Positions 1-11,347 are shown, counted from the stretch's first letter. The stretch: DNA of 64,000 nt from an uncultured Arcobacter sp. (GCA_965140705.1 OZ223302.1:480001-544000); one strand, 5' to 3'. The notes: generated by a model not told the origin, from the sequence alone. Numbers and translations are program-made.

Positions 1-624
1 TAAATTTGCAATTTGAGATGACTTTATAGAGTTATCTGGACTTATATCATAAGGTCTAATAACCCCCGAAATTATTATCTCTTGCTTCTGTTCATCTATC
101 AACATCTCTTTAGAACCTTTTATATAGTAGTTCCCATTCTTATATGTTTCCTCTATTATAACAGAAAGTGTCGTAGAAAAAGATTCATCAGCATTAGCTT
201 TTATCTTTCCTTTAAATGAACTATTATTACTTGAGTTAAATTGTACACCACCAATACTATTGATTTTATTTGCTACAGATTGTACTGTAGAGTTTAAAGG
301 GACATTATTTCCTGTAGCTGGAGTTACTAAACCACCACCCATAGATTCAGCACTTGTATTTGTAAGTTCTCTTTTATTACTTGTATTTGAAGTTAAAGAT
401 TCATCTATAACTACTTGAATTATATCTCCAACTTGTAAATCTTTCTTATCAGCAAATAAAGAAGGCCCTTTTCTTGAATATAAAGAACCCTTATTATAAT
501 GTGGAGTTGGTTTAGGTTTTAAAACTTGAGCAGGTGGTTTCTCAAATTTTAACTCTGGTTCAGTTGATACGCACGAATTGAAAAAAAATGGAATTGTCAA
601 AATTAAAAGATACTTACTTTTCAT
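1..624 (-). CDS. flgH: Flagellar L-ring lipoprotein FlgH (3' end runs off the window)
   Basis: Not in the ORF track; translated by hand from ATG at 624: MKSKYLLILTIPFFFNSC (lipobox-like) ... SLFADKKDLQVGDIIQVVIDES ... GNYYIKGSKEMLID ... ISGVIRPYDISPDNSIKSSQIA, typical FlgH motifs. Confidence 0.92.
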   Translation of the reverse strand, partial: MKSKYLLILTIPFFFNSCVSTEPELKFEKPPAQVLKPKPTPHYNKGSLYSRKGPSLFADKKDLQVGDIIQVVIDESLTSNTSNKRELTNTSAESMGGGLVTPATGNNVPLNSTVQSVANKINSIGGVQFNSSNNSSFKGKIKANADESFSTTLSVIIEETYKNGNYYIKGSKEMLIDEQKQEIIISGVIRPYDISPDNSIKSSQIANL

Positions 625-1027
625 TATATTTACTTTCTATTATATATTTTATATCTATAACAATTTTTATATTGTTTAAATCATTTTTAATCAAAGCTAA
701 AGTGCCATACCTTACTTTTAAAGCATCTAAATTTGTATCAGTATCACAGACTAATAATATTTTATTTTTTACTATTTTTACATCTTGAATATGCTCTTGT
801 CCCACTAATTCAACAGCAGTTTCAACTTCTTTATATATCAGTTTTTCGACATCTTTTGAGTCTTCTTTTTTCGTATCTTCTATATTTGAATTTGTTTTTT
901 CATTATTTGAAGAAAATTGATCACTCATATGAAAATAATAAGCAGTAAACATAGCAACTAATGCAACTACTGAAATTATTTTCATTACATAATTTTTAGG
1001 CCCACTATTCTTTACTGTTACTATCAT
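614..1027 (-). CDS. Hypothetical membrane-anchored protein in the flagellar cluster
   Basis: 137 aa with one N-terminal hydrophobic helix; overlaps the flgH start and follows fliL. Confidence 0.7.
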   Translation of the reverse strand: MIVTVKNSGPKNYVMKIISVVALVAMFTAYYFHMSDQFSSNNEKTNSNIEDTKKEDSKDVEKLIYKEVETAVELVGQEHIQDVKIVKNKILLVCDTDTNLDALKVRYGTLALIKNDLNNIKIVIDIKYIIESKYNEK

Positions 1028-1032
1028 TTTGA

Positions 1033-1566
1033 TTACTTAATAACAAAAGTTGTAAATAAGACTTCTTTAATACTATTTTTTTGAATCTCAGAATTTGTTG
1101 CAGTTGCATCATTTAAAACTTTATTAATTTCATCTACTAGTTCATCTTTTAACAAGGCTTTCCCCCCTACTGTTAAAAGTTCTTCTGAACTTCTAGCACT
1201 AATTTGAGAGATAACAACATCTACTATTTCTGCTTTATAAGATTCCACTATTGATTCTATTGCAGGGTCATTACTTTTTAGTGTAAAAGAGAGTTTCATA
1301 AGTTTTTCTCTACCTTTTGCATTAGTAATATTCAATACTAAATCATTAATAGCAGCTTTATACATCTCTTTTGAATTGCTCTCTTCTTTTTTAGCCATCT
1401 CTTGCATAGCTTTTTCTTCTTGAGGATTAAATACACCTTGTGAATATAAGAAATATCCACCTCCAATAACAGCCAATAACAAAACAACAATTAGTGCAAT
1501 AAGCACTATCATTAAACCTTTTCCACCACTATTTTTTGGTTTTTCTTCTACAACTTCTTCAGCCAT
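1033..1566 (-). CDS. fliL: Flagellar basal body-associated protein FliL
   Basis: N-terminal TM helix, EELLTVGGKALLKDEL and C-terminal EVLFTTFVIK. Confidence 0.92.
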   Translation of the reverse strand: MAEEVVEEKPKNSGGKGLMIVLIALIVVLLLAVIGGGYFLYSQGVFNPQEEKAMQEMAKKEESNSKEMYKAAINDLVLNITNAKGREKLMKLSFTLKSNDPAIESIVESYKAEIVDVVISQISARSSEELLTVGGKALLKDELVDEINKVLNDATATNSEIQKNSIKEVLFTTFVIK

Positions 1567-2060
1567 TATTTCCCTTTCTTACTTTCATCAACTACTGAGT
1601 AGTTTTGGAGCTTTTCAGTAATCTTCGAAGCATTTTTTACAGTCATTGATTTCATAATTTGAGTGACTTTTGCTTCTTTTAATTTCAAGATTATATCAAA
1701 AACATCTTCAATTTTTCCATCATCTATCAATTTATTAAATATTTCAGCTGCATTTTTTGGTTTCATTGCATTATATATTTTTGAAGTTTTTGTAACAACT
1801 TCGCCTTTTATATCTTTTAAAAGTAGTTGATTTTTATCATATATATCTTGGATATTTTTCTTTTCAGTTTTTATTTTAGCTAATAAAGTTTCTAGTTCTT
1901 GTTTTCTTGTTTTATATTCTGCTTCTTTTGTCGTATAAAATTGATTTAACTCTTTTTTTAACTCTATAATCTCTTTTTTTTCTTTAATAAAACTTACCGC
2001 TGTATCTTCTGCAAATAAATGTATTCCTAAAATTAAAACTATTATTAAAAATCTATTCAA
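1566..2060 (-). CDS. MotE-like / MgtE-N-domain periplasmic flagellar protein
   Basis: Signal peptide, coiled coil, KIYNAMKPKNAAEIF and IMKSMTVKNASKIT repeats typical of MotE-family proteins. Confidence 0.7.
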   Translation of the reverse strand: MNRFLIIVLILGIHLFAEDTAVSFIKEKKEIIELKKELNQFYTTKEAEYKTRKQELETLLAKIKTEKKNIQDIYDKNQLLLKDIKGEVVTKTSKIYNAMKPKNAAEIFNKLIDDGKIEDVFDIILKLKEAKVTQIMKSMTVKNASKITEKLQNYSVVDESKKGK

Positions 2061-2072
2061 TCTATGTCCTTC

Positions 2073-2477
2073 TCATCCCGTAATATATTTACTTTGTATA
2101 AATTCACTTGCTTGCTCTTCTTCTGCAAGAAGTAATTTTTTGTATAACTCTTTCTTTTCTTCTTTTAGTAAATAATCATACTGTTCAGACTCTTTTTGTA
2201 ACTCTACAATTTCTAAGTTTACTTTTGTCAATTTTGAAAGTAAAAAATTCTTTTGTGACTCTAATTTTTTAGCTTCTTTTCTAAGTGATTCTTTGTGAAT
2301 TTCTAATATCATAAAATCAGAAATTGCTCCGTGTCTATCTACAGTTGCTGTATTTATATTTCTTTTTAATTCATCAATTTGTTCTTCAAAAAGTGAAATT
2401 GAATTTAAAAGTTCAGCTTTAAACATTAGTTTTTGATCTGTTTGAGATTTTTTAAGATTAAAAAGTTTTTTTATCAT
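2073..2477 (-). CDS. FliJ-like flagellar export coiled-coil protein
   Basis: 134 aa coiled coil with ESEQYDYL motif, next to fliQ; family call by size, pattern and context. Confidence 0.55.
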   Translation of the reverse strand: MIKKLFNLKKSQTDQKLMFKAELLNSISLFEEQIDELKRNINTATVDRHGAISDFMILEIHKESLRKEAKKLESQKNFLLSKLTKVNLEIVELQKESEQYDYLLKEEKKELYKKLLLAEEEQASEFIQSKYITG

Positions 2478-2746
2478 CCATTATTCCCAAAGATTAAAAT
2501 CATATTCCATAATTCTTTAGTATAAGTACTAACATTATCCCCAATCCAAGGCAAAGAAATCAAAATAAAAACTGATACTAAAATAACTTTAGGTACAAAA
2601 GATAATGCTGCATCAGAGATTTGAGTTACTGCTTGAAATACAGAAATTAACAACCCAATTACCATACTTACAAGCAATGAAGGTAAGGCTAATAAAAGAA
2701 TAATTTTTACTGTACTTTGAGCAATTCCCAATAAATCCATATTCAT
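2474..2746 (-). CDS. fliQ: Flagellar export protein FliQ
   Basis: GLLISVFQAVTQISDAALSFVPK signature. Confidence 0.95.
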   Translation of the reverse strand: MNMDLLGIAQSTVKIILLLALPSLLVSMVIGLLISVFQAVTQISDAALSFVPKVILVSVFILISLPWIGDNVSTYTKELWNMILIFGNNG

Positions 2747-3621
2747 TCTTTTATCTTTACAGTAATTTCTAAGGCTTTACTTTCTAATAATTTAGATAAG
2801 AACTCTTTGATATCATCAGGATTATCAAGTTTGATACTCATCTCTTTTGCCTTATTTTGGATTTTTTTTGCGACTTTTGGTTTAATATCTTTTCCACTAA
2901 ATACATTTAAGATATCCTCTTCACTTAGTTCGTCTAAAGATGTGATATCTTCTAAATTGATATATTCATCCAAATCTTCTAGTGATTTCATTGAGTCATT
3001 AGATTCATTTGACTTCGGTTCAGCAACTGGATTTTCGTTATTTTCAATCATTTGTTCATCTTTATTGATAATTTCTTTTTGAATTTCTTCTTCATTTTCA
3101 GTTTCTTCTTCAATTTCAGGTTCATCCTGTGATAATAAATCTTTTAAATCATCAGTTAATTCATAATCATCCTCTAAATTTTCATCTAAATTCTCACTTT
3201 TATACGCATCATTTACAATATCTGTAATAGAGTCATGAATTTGTGTTCTCTCTTCAGATTCATCAAGTTCATCACCTAAACCCAATTCTTTCATCTTTTT
3301 TAAAATATATCTAGAAATATCATGTATCGAATCAACACTAAAATCCTCAATACCTTTCTCTTTTAAATAACTTTGTTCTATTCCATCTTTAGGCTTTAAA
3401 AACTTTATTTTAGAGTTTATTAAATTTTCTTTTATTATTTTAGTATCATCTATTAAAAATATATCATCACTATTATCTTCAATAAGTTCTTTTAAAGTAC
3501 TCAAAGAACGAACTTCTTGAATTAAGCCCTTACCTTCTAATTTATAATCAATTAGAGTTCTACTTAACTCATCTTTAATATCTTTTTTAAAATTTTGATT
3601 GCCATAAATATAAATATTCAA
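2743..3621 (-). CDS. Highly acidic hypothetical protein heading the flagellar operon
   Basis: 292 aa, D/E-rich central region, overlaps the fliQ start. Confidence 0.7.
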   Translation of the reverse strand: MNIYIYGNQNFKKDIKDELSRTLIDYKLEGKGLIQEVRSLSTLKELIEDNSDDIFLIDDTKIIKENLINSKIKFLKPKDGIEQSYLKEKGIEDFSVDSIHDISRYILKKMKELGLGDELDESEERTQIHDSITDIVNDAYKSENLDENLEDDYELTDDLKDLLSQDEPEIEEETENEEEIQKEIINKDEQMIENNENPVAEPKSNESNDSMKSLEDLDEYINLEDITSLDELSEEDILNVFSGKDIKPKVAKKIQNKAKEMSIKLDNPDDIKEFLSKLLESKALEITVKIKE

Positions 3622-3711
3622 AGATATTCCTAATTTATTTTTTCATTTATAATATCTAAAATTTATATAAATTTAGATAAAATAAATCAATATTTATACG
3701 AGGTAAACTAT

Positions 3712-4761
3712 TTGAAATTCATTTTTATATTTTTTTTATTTTTTACATCAATTTACGCTCAAACAATAAAAGATATTACGAATATTGTTGGTATTAGAGA
3801 GAATCAACTCTTAGGATATGGCCTAGTGGTAGGACTTGCAGGTACTGGAGACAAGTCAACTTTTACTATGCAAAGTCTACAAAACTTACTTAGAAATTCA
3901 TATATTAAAATACCAACTTCATCTATTAAGTCAAAAAATATAGCAGCAGTTATGGTAACAGCTATGCTTCCTCCTTTTGCAAGACAAGGGGATAAAATAA
4001 AAGTAAAAATTTCTGCCATTGGGGATGCAAAATCAATCAATAATGGTGAACTACTATTAACACAATTAAAGGGTGTAGATGGTAATGTATATGGCCTTGC
4101 TCAAGGTACTATTATTGCTGATAGAGATAATGAAACTACAGGTATGATTTATGATGGAGCAATGATTGAAAATGAAGTTCCATTTACCCTAAAAAATGAG
4201 AAGGACTTAACCTTAAGTTTAATAAAAGCTTCTGCTACTGATGCAGATATGATTCAAAGAAAGATTAATGAAAAGTTTGGAGCAAAAATTGCTTTTGCTG
4301 AAGATACAAGAACTGTAACAGTAAAAAAACCACCTAATATATCTATGGTTAGATTTATTGCCCAAGTTCAAACTATAAATTTGGATTCATCATTCAAAAA
4401 AAGAATTATTATTGATTTAAACAGACAAATGATAATATCAGGGAATGAAGTTCCAATAGGCCCAGTTACTGTTTCAAAAGACAATTTTATTATACGAATC
4501 AAAAAATCAGATTTAAATGATGAACAATGGGATAATGTAGAAGTAAATAAGGGTAAAAATATTGGTGATGACATTGTTATTGCTGATAAACCTGTTGTAG
4601 ATTTAGATAATACAATGATTAATACAAAAGGTACACCTAAAGTATCTGACTTAGTTCGAGCAATGAAAGTTATGAAACTACCTATGAGTGATATAATTGA
4701 TACACTAAAACTAATAAAAGAGTTAGGTGCTCTTGATGCAGAACTTGAGATAAGAGGATAA
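3712..4761 (+). CDS. flgI: Flagellar P-ring protein FlgI
   Basis: GIRENQLLGYGLVVGLAGTGD and KNIAAVMVTAMLPPFARQG. Confidence 0.95.
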   Translation: MKFIFIFFLFFTSIYAQTIKDITNIVGIRENQLLGYGLVVGLAGTGDKSTFTMQSLQNLLRNSYIKIPTSSIKSKNIAAVMVTAMLPPFARQGDKIKVKISAIGDAKSINNGELLLTQLKGVDGNVYGLAQGTIIADRDNETTGMIYDGAMIENEVPFTLKNEKDLTLSLIKASATDADMIQRKINEKFGAKIAFAEDTRTVTVKKPPNISMVRFIAQVQTINLDSSFKKRIIIDLNRQMIISGNEVPIGPVTVSKDNFIIRIKKSDLNDEQWDNVEVNKGKNIGDDIVIADKPVVDLDNTMINTKGTPKVSDLVRAMKVMKLPMSDIIDTLKLIKELGALDAELEIRG

Positions 4762-4764
4762 GAG

Positions 4765-5859
4765 ATGGCAGAGTTTTTAAGTCAAGATGAAATTGATGCT
4801 CTTTTAGATATAGCCGAACAAGGCGAAGATATTGATAAAACGGCAGAAGAGCCAATAATATCAAAAGAAAAAAACTATTCTATTTATGACTTTAAAAAAC
4901 CAAATCGTATCTCAAATGAACAATTTAAAGCATTCTCTACACTACATGATAAAATGTTAAGGGACCTTATTACTGACCTTTCAGCAATGCTTAGAAAAAT
5001 AGTTGATATAAAATTATACTCAATTGAACAAATGACTTATGGTGAATTTATTTTATCAATTCCACAATTAACTTCCCTAAATACCTTATCAATAAAACCA
5101 CTTGATGGAAGAATAGTAATTGAGTGTAATCCTGGTATTTCACACAAAATTATTGCAGAACTATTAGGAAGTGGTTCGGTTGCTTCAAGTGACAATTTAG
5201 ATAGAGAGTTAACAGAAATTGAAGTTGAAATTTTTGATCACTTCTATAAACTAATTGTTTCTCATTTATACAAAGCTTGGGATGAGATTACAACCCTAAA
5301 TTTCAAAATAGAATCAAGGGATACAAATGCAAATGCTATTCAAATAATTTCAGACCATGAGATTGTTTTACTAGTTGTTTTAGAGTTTACAATTGATGAA
5401 GAGTCAGGATTCTTGTCTATTTGTTACCCTATTTCTTACATAGAGACTTTATTAAATAAAATTGTTACAAAAATCTTTGCAGAAGGTAGAAATAAAAAAG
5501 CAAGTAGAAAAAAAGATATTACAACTTTGATTTCTGGTGCAAAGATGAATATAGAAGCAATTATGGCTGAAACAGTTTTAAAAACTTCAGAAATATTAGA
5601 TTTAAAAGAAGGAGATGTTATAGTATTTAACAAAAACTCAACATCTGCCACATCTAAAGTTTACATAAATAAAAAAGAGAAATTCCTAGCAATTAGTGGA
5701 CTCTCAAATAATAGAAAAGCTGTTCAAATAAAAGCTAATATTGATCATGAAAAAATGGAAACACTTGAAACATTAAGAGGAATGAGAGAAGAGAGAATTC
5801 TAAAAGCTAAAGAAACACAAGAAAAAATTGCTCAATTATTATCAGAAAGAGACGACTAA
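4765..5859 (+). CDS. fliM: Flagellar motor switch protein FliM
   Basis: LSQDEIDALL CheY-binding motif, YDFKKPNR, C-terminal SPOA-like domain. Confidence 0.96.
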   Translation: MAEFLSQDEIDALLDIAEQGEDIDKTAEEPIISKEKNYSIYDFKKPNRISNEQFKAFSTLHDKMLRDLITDLSAMLRKIVDIKLYSIEQMTYGEFILSIPQLTSLNTLSIKPLDGRIVIECNPGISHKIIAELLGSGSVASSDNLDRELTEIEVEIFDHFYKLIVSHLYKAWDEITTLNFKIESRDTNANAIQIISDHEIVLLVVLEFTIDEESGFLSICYPISYIETLLNKIVTKIFAEGRNKKASRKKDITTLISGAKMNIEAIMAETVLKTSEILDLKEGDVIVFNKNSTSATSKVYINKKEKFLAISGLSNNRKAVQIKANIDHEKMETLETLRGMREERILKAKETQEKIAQLLSERDD

Positions 5860-5864
5860 GTCTC

Positions 5865-6877
5865 TTACTTTATACTCCAAACTAACTTTTGATTATTATA
5901 CATAGGTACAACATTTTCACCAAAATCTTCATAAAGATTAGGTACAGTAAACTCTTCTTTTACCAATGTAATATCTTTTTTTAAAGCTTTAAAGTCATAT
6001 ATCTTTTGAGCATTTAGGCTTAAAAAAGCATTTAACTTATCTAAACTATTATGTTTTTCAAAAAGCTCAGCTAAAACTTGCAGAGCAATAGGCGAAGTAA
6101 AAACACCAGCTGCACAACCACAAGACTCTTTTTTATGCTTAGGATGTGGAGCAGAATCAGAACCAAACATAACCTTTGGATTGCCAGTGATTGCTGCATT
6201 TAATAAAGAATCTCTATCTTCATATCTTTTTGCTATTGGTTTACAAAAAAGATGCGGCTGAAGCATTCCACCTGCTACATCATCTAAAGTTATTATTAGA
6301 TGGTGCAAAGTAATTGTTGCATATAAATTATCATATTTATCTAATAAATCAACAGCATCTTTAGTTGTAATATGTTCCATAATAATTTTTAATTTAGGAA
6401 AACTTTTTGCCAAACCTTCATATATCGGCATAAACTCCTTTTCCCTGTCCATTACAAATCCATTTGTTTCACCATGAACACATAAAGGAATACCCAAATC
6501 ACTCATAGCCTCTAAAGTAGGTCTTAGACTTTGGGCATCTATAGCTGCTACTCCATTTTCAGAATTTGTAGTAATTCCAGCAGGATATAGTTTTATTCCA
6601 ATAATTTCATCTTTTACTTCTTCTAAGAATTCCCTTGAATATTCTTGAAAGAATAGAGTCATAAAGGGTTCAAAAGTATCCCCTTTACATGCTTCAAGTA
6701 TTCTAGACTTGTAAGATAATAAAGCCTCTTTAGTTGTAATAGGAGGTACAAGGTTTGGCATAACCAAAGCACCTGCAAAAGTTTTTGAAGTAAGAGGACC
6801 AACTAATTTTAGCATCTCCCCATCTCTTAAGTGAAGATGCATATCTAAAGGTGAGTTAAGTGTGATTTCTTTACTCA

Positions 6878-6878
<1 letters not shown>
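5865..6878 (-). CDS. pyrC: Dihydroorotase (homodimeric type)
   Basis: DMHLHLRD, VMPNLVPP, KLYPAGITTNS, GSDSAPH. Confidence 0.96.
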
Positions 6879-7237
<359 letters not shown>

Positions 7238-7313
7238 TTATATTTTAACAAAATAGTTTTAAATAAACCTAATCTTTTTAAATAAAGCTTAATTTACTAT
7301 TTTCCCTACAGTT

Positions 7314-8498
7314 TTAAAATGCCCGTTTAAACTCTGGATATGCTTCTAGTCCACACTCATCTACATCTAATCCTTGCATCTCTTCATCTTTTTCTGCTCT
7401 TAGAGGTATAAACTTATTAATTATATATAATACGATAAAAGATGATACAAAAGCAAACACTCCCACAACAACTACACCTTTTAATTGACCTAAAAGTGTT
7501 ATATCATCTCCATTTGATGCAAAAATACCAACAGCTAAAGTTCCCCAAATACCATTTAATAAATGAACTGATAAGGCTCCAACTGGATCATCAAGTTTTA
7601 ACTTATCAAAAAAACTAACTCCAAAGATTACTAAAATTCCCCCTATTGCTCCTATTAAAATAGGAGTATAAATATCATATAAATTTGGACCTGCTGTAAT
7701 TGCAACTAAACCACCAAGTGCTCCATTTAGTACCATTGTAATATCAAGTTTATGATATCTAAAGTACATATAAATACCTACAAGAATTGCTCCTGAAAGA
7801 CCAGCTGTATTTGTATTCATAATAGTCAAAGCAACAGCATCTGCGCTCTCTTTAGATGCAATTGAACCAATACTTCCACCATTAAAACCAAACCACCCAA
7901 TCCATAAAAGAAATGCACCCAAAGTTACAAGGGGAATATTAGAAGCTGGTATTACTTTTACTCCTCCTTCTTTAGGATATCTTCCTCGTCTAGCTCCAAT
8001 TATTAATATTGCAGCTAATAATGCCCAACCACCAGTGCTATGAATAACAGTTGAACCAGCTAAATCATACATATTTAAATCTAATATTGTACTTTTTAGC
8101 ATATCACTTCCCCAAGACCAATTTACAATTATAGGATAAATTAATGCACCCATAACAATTGTAAACAACCCAAGAGGTAGAACCTTTGCCCTTTCACTAA
8201 CTCCCCCTGACATTATGTTAATTACCTTACCAACAAATGCCATTTGAAATAAAAATGCAGCCCATTTACTCATACTATCACTTCCAAAATCACCAAAAGC
8301 TACTGAGTAACCAAGCAATAAAAAAGCCAGAGAAGCCACTGCATAAATCATCGTATTGACCATTAAAACTGCACTAACATTTTTAGTACGTACAAGTCCA
8401 GCTTCCAACATAGCAAAACCTGGAACCATAAAAATGATTAAAGTCATTGCAAAAAGAGCAAAAAAGGTGTCAATCACATAAGCAATATTTGCATCCAT
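7314..8498 (-). CDS. amtB: Ammonium transporter (Amt family), second and more divergent copy
   Basis: DLAGSTVIH, WFGFNGGS, DDPVGALSVH. Confidence 0.93.
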   Translation of the reverse strand: MDANIAYVIDTFFALFAMTLIIFMVPGFAMLEAGLVRTKNVSAVLMVNTMIYAVASLAFLLLGYSVAFGDFGSDSMSKWAAFLFQMAFVGKVINIMSGGVSERAKVLPLGLFTIVMGALIYPIIVNWSWGSDMLKSTILDLNMYDLAGSTVIHSTGGWALLAAILIIGARRGRYPKEGGVKVIPASNIPLVTLGAFLLWIGWFGFNGGSIGSIASKESADAVALTIMNTNTAGLSGAILVGIYMYFRYHKLDITMVLNGALGGLVAITAGPNLYDIYTPILIGAIGGILVIFGVSFFDKLKLDDPVGALSVHLLNGIWGTLAVGIFASNGDDITLLGQLKGVVVVGVFAFVSSFIVLYIINKFIPLRAEKDEEMQGLDVDECGLEAYPEFKRAF

Positions 8499-8624
8499 TA
8501 TTATCCTTTTAATATTTTAAGCAAATTATATATTATGTAATTAATTTTTTATTTATTTAAGTGGGTGTTTTTTATACACAAAATAAGGTGATAATTTTAT
8601 ATATTAAGTTAAGTAGTTGTTTTT

Positions 8625-8643
8625 TTGTATAATTTATATACAA
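8625..8643. promoter_or_regulatory. Palindromic operator TTGTATA-N5-TATACAA upstream of the second amt
   Basis: ttgtataatttatatacaa; same motif at 10401 and 11349. Confidence 0.7.
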
Positions 8644-8647
8644 AATA

Positions 8648-8673
8648 AAGAAGTGTCAGAGATAACACTTCTT
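8648..8673 (-). terminator. Hairpin terminator after the first P-II gene
   Basis: aagaagtgt-cagagata-acacttctt inverted repeat. Confidence 0.55.
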
Positions 8674-8704
8674 ATATTTTGAAAAAAGTATTTACTTTTT
8701 AAAA

Positions 8705-9055
<351 letters not shown>

Positions 9056-9085
9056 TTAATATATTTTAAAAAATTCATCTTCTCG

Positions 9086-9111
9086 AAAAAGGTAAGAGTT
9101 CTTACCTTTTT
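9086..9111 (-). terminator. Hairpin between amtB and the P-II gene (terminator or stability element)
   Basis: aaaaaggtaag-agtt-cttaccttttt inverted repeat. Confidence 0.55.
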
Positions 9112-9119
9112 ATAAGCAT

Positions 9120-10334
9120 TTATGCTCTTTTAAACTCTGGGTAAGTTTCAAGTCCAGTTTCATGAATATCTAAACCTTGAACTTCAATCTCTTCACTTAC
9201 TCTTAATCCAACAACTAGATCTAAAATTTTCCATACTACAAATGAAGCTATGAAAACAAACGCACCAACAATAACGATACCTTTTACTTGAGCCATAATT
9301 GTAACTTCTGGATTGAAAATACCTACAGCTAAAGTTCCCCAAATACCAGCAACTAAGTGAACAGATAAGGCACCAACTGGATCATCAATTCTTAACTTAT
9401 CGAACATAGGAACAGCAAATACAACTAAAGCACCACCAACTATACCTTCAATAAACGCAACCATCATACCTAAATCTGGTCCTGCAGTACAAGATACAAG
9501 TCCCGCTAAAGCACCATTTAATACCATAGTTAAATCAACTTTTTTATAAATAAGTTGAGTTAAAATTGCAGCTATAACAGCACCTGCACAAGCAGCCATA
9601 TTTGTATCAGCAACAACTAAAGCAATACCATCAATATCAGCTTTTGAACCTAGTGCTAATTGAGAACCACCATTAAATCCAAACCATCCCATCCATAAAA
9701 TGAATGTACCAAGTGTTGCTAATGTTAAATTTGAACCAGGAATTGGTCTAACTGAACCATCTTTACCATATTTACCTTTTCTAGCTCCTAAGATAAGAAC
9801 ACCAGCTAAAGCAGCCCATCCACCAACAGAGTGAACAATAGTAGAACCTGCGAAGTCAGAGAATCCAGCCATAACACCACCTAATTCACTTCCTCCCCAA
9901 GACCAATGTCCTTGTATTGGATAAATAACACCACTTAAAATTACTGTAAAGATTAAGAAAGGCCATAATTTCATTCTCTCTGCAATTGAACCTGAAATAA
10001 CAGATGCAGCAGTAGCAACGAAAACAACTTGGAAGAAGAAATCAGCAGCAGCAGGATATGCAGCATCAGCAGCAGTTACCATACTAATTGTTGAGAAGCT
10101 ACCCATTATAGATCCACCATCTCCGTACATTAAGTTATAACCAACAAAATAATACATAATACAAGAAATTGCAAATAAAGCAAGATTTTTTGTTAACACA
10201 GTAGCATTATTCTTTGATCTTGTTAAACCAGATTCTAACATAGCAAACCCAGCTGCCATCCACATTACTAGGACTCCCATTACAATAAATAAGAACCCAT
10301 CAAGAACATATTTTACATCAGCAAAATTTTCCAT
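9120..10334 (-). CDS. amtB: Ammonium transporter AmtB
   Basis: FFFQVVF, ISGSIAER, DFAGSTIVH, WFGFNGGS, DDPVGALSVH; start moved to ATG 10334, which has an AAGGA RBS. Confidence 0.95.
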   Translation of the reverse strand: MENFADVKYVLDGFLFIVMGVLVMWMAAGFAMLESGLTRSKNNATVLTKNLALFAISCIMYYFVGYNLMYGDGGSIMGSFSTISMVTAADAAYPAAADFFFQVVFVATAASVISGSIAERMKLWPFLIFTVILSGVIYPIQGHWSWGGSELGGVMAGFSDFAGSTIVHSVGGWAALAGVLILGARKGKYGKDGSVRPIPGSNLTLATLGTFILWMGWFGFNGGSQLALGSKADIDGIALVVADTNMAACAGAVIAAILTQLIYKKVDLTMVLNGALAGLVSCTAGPDLGMMVAFIEGIVGGALVVFAVPMFDKLRIDDPVGALSVHLVAGIWGTLAVGIFNPEVTIMAQVKGIVIVGAFVFIASFVVWKILDLVVGLRVSEEIEVQGLDIHETGLETYPEFKRA

Positions 10335-10400
10335 TTTTTTCCTTTTCAAATTGATATGAACAAGTATAAAATAAATTAAAAACTTTCGCTAGACTTAATC

Positions 10401-10417
10401 TGTATAATTAGTATACA
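10401..10417. promoter_or_regulatory. Palindromic operator TGTATA-N5-TATACA in the divergent amtB / sensor-like gene promoter region
   Basis: tgtataattagtataca. Confidence 0.7.
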
Positions 10418-10483
10418 ATTATGCTTTTTTTTACTTTTAATTAAAATGATATAATCTAAACAACTTAAATAAGGGAAATATAA

Positions 10484-11347
10484 ATGGAAGAATTTTTAAC
10501 AATATATGATGTAAATAAAGACAAAATAGAAGACTTTATTTTAAACAGTATCCACAACTTAGGGAATATAAGAGATTATGAGAGAAGTAATTATGCAAAT
10601 TTATTTTCAATTTTTCCTTCATTGGAATTAGTTTACACTGTAAATAAAGACACAAAAATACAAAATTCTCCAAACTATTATAAAAAAAGAGTGGACAAAA
10701 GTGCCAATAATGAAAGTCGCACTTATATCTTAGATAAACTACACTTTAGGGATAAAAATACCGCTTTTTCTTCTCCATATATAAGTAGTGCTACAAGAAG
10801 TAATTGTATAACTCTTACAATAAAAGAAGATGATATCATTATTTTTTTAGATTTTAAAATAGAGACTTTACTTGAAAGATTAGAATTAATAGAATTAAAT
10901 AAGCCCTTCCATACACTTACAAAAATATTTTATGGCATAGCTGGTTTTTCTTTAGCCTTACTTGCTTTATTTCTTATAATATACTCACTTGGTACTTTTT
11001 TGACAAGTATGGTTTTACATAGTGATTTTACTCTTGATGCAATATTTAAACCTATCATTGCACTTACACTTGGAATAGCAATATTTGATTTAGCCAAAAC
11101 CATATTAGAACAAGAAGTATATTTTAAATCCTATTCAAGGAATTCTAAAGTAGATACAAAAATGGTAACTAAATTCTTAATTACAATTATAATTGCCCTA
11201 TCAATTGAAGGTCTAATGGTAGTTTTCAAAATAGCAATAGAAAATTACACTCAAATGATAAATGCCCTTTATTTGATAACTGGTATATCTTTTATAATCA
11301 TTGCCCTATCAATTTTCATTTATTTAACTTCAAAAAAATCTAAATAA
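10484..11347 (+). CDS. Membrane protein with N-terminal Cache/PDC-like domain and about 4 C-terminal TM helices
   Basis: FSSPYISSATRSNCITL resembles the Cache-domain PY-S motif; hydrophobic helices from about aa 145; no signal peptide. Confidence 0.65.
   Translation: MEEFLTIYDVNKDKIEDFILNSIHNLGNIRDYERSNYANLFSIFPSLELVYTVNKDTKIQNSPNYYKKRVDKSANNESRTYILDKLHFRDKNTAFSSPYISSATRSNCITLTIKEDDIIIFLDFKIETLLERLELIELNKPFHTLTKIFYGIAGFSLALLALFLIIYSLGTFLTSMVLHSDFTLDAIFKPIIALTLGIAIFDLAKTILEQEVYFKSYSRNSKVDTKMVTKFLITIIIALSIEGLMVVFKIAIENYTQMINALYLITGISFIIIALSIFIYLTSKKSK

Noticed and set aside
588..948. Short plus-strand ORFs 588-788 and 733-948, and similar antisense ORFs across the track (e.g. 2807-3082, 16851-17198, 18502-18738, 21313-21609, 50190-50528)
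   Set aside because: They lie antisense to well-supported genes and have shadow-ORF composition with no recognisable motifs
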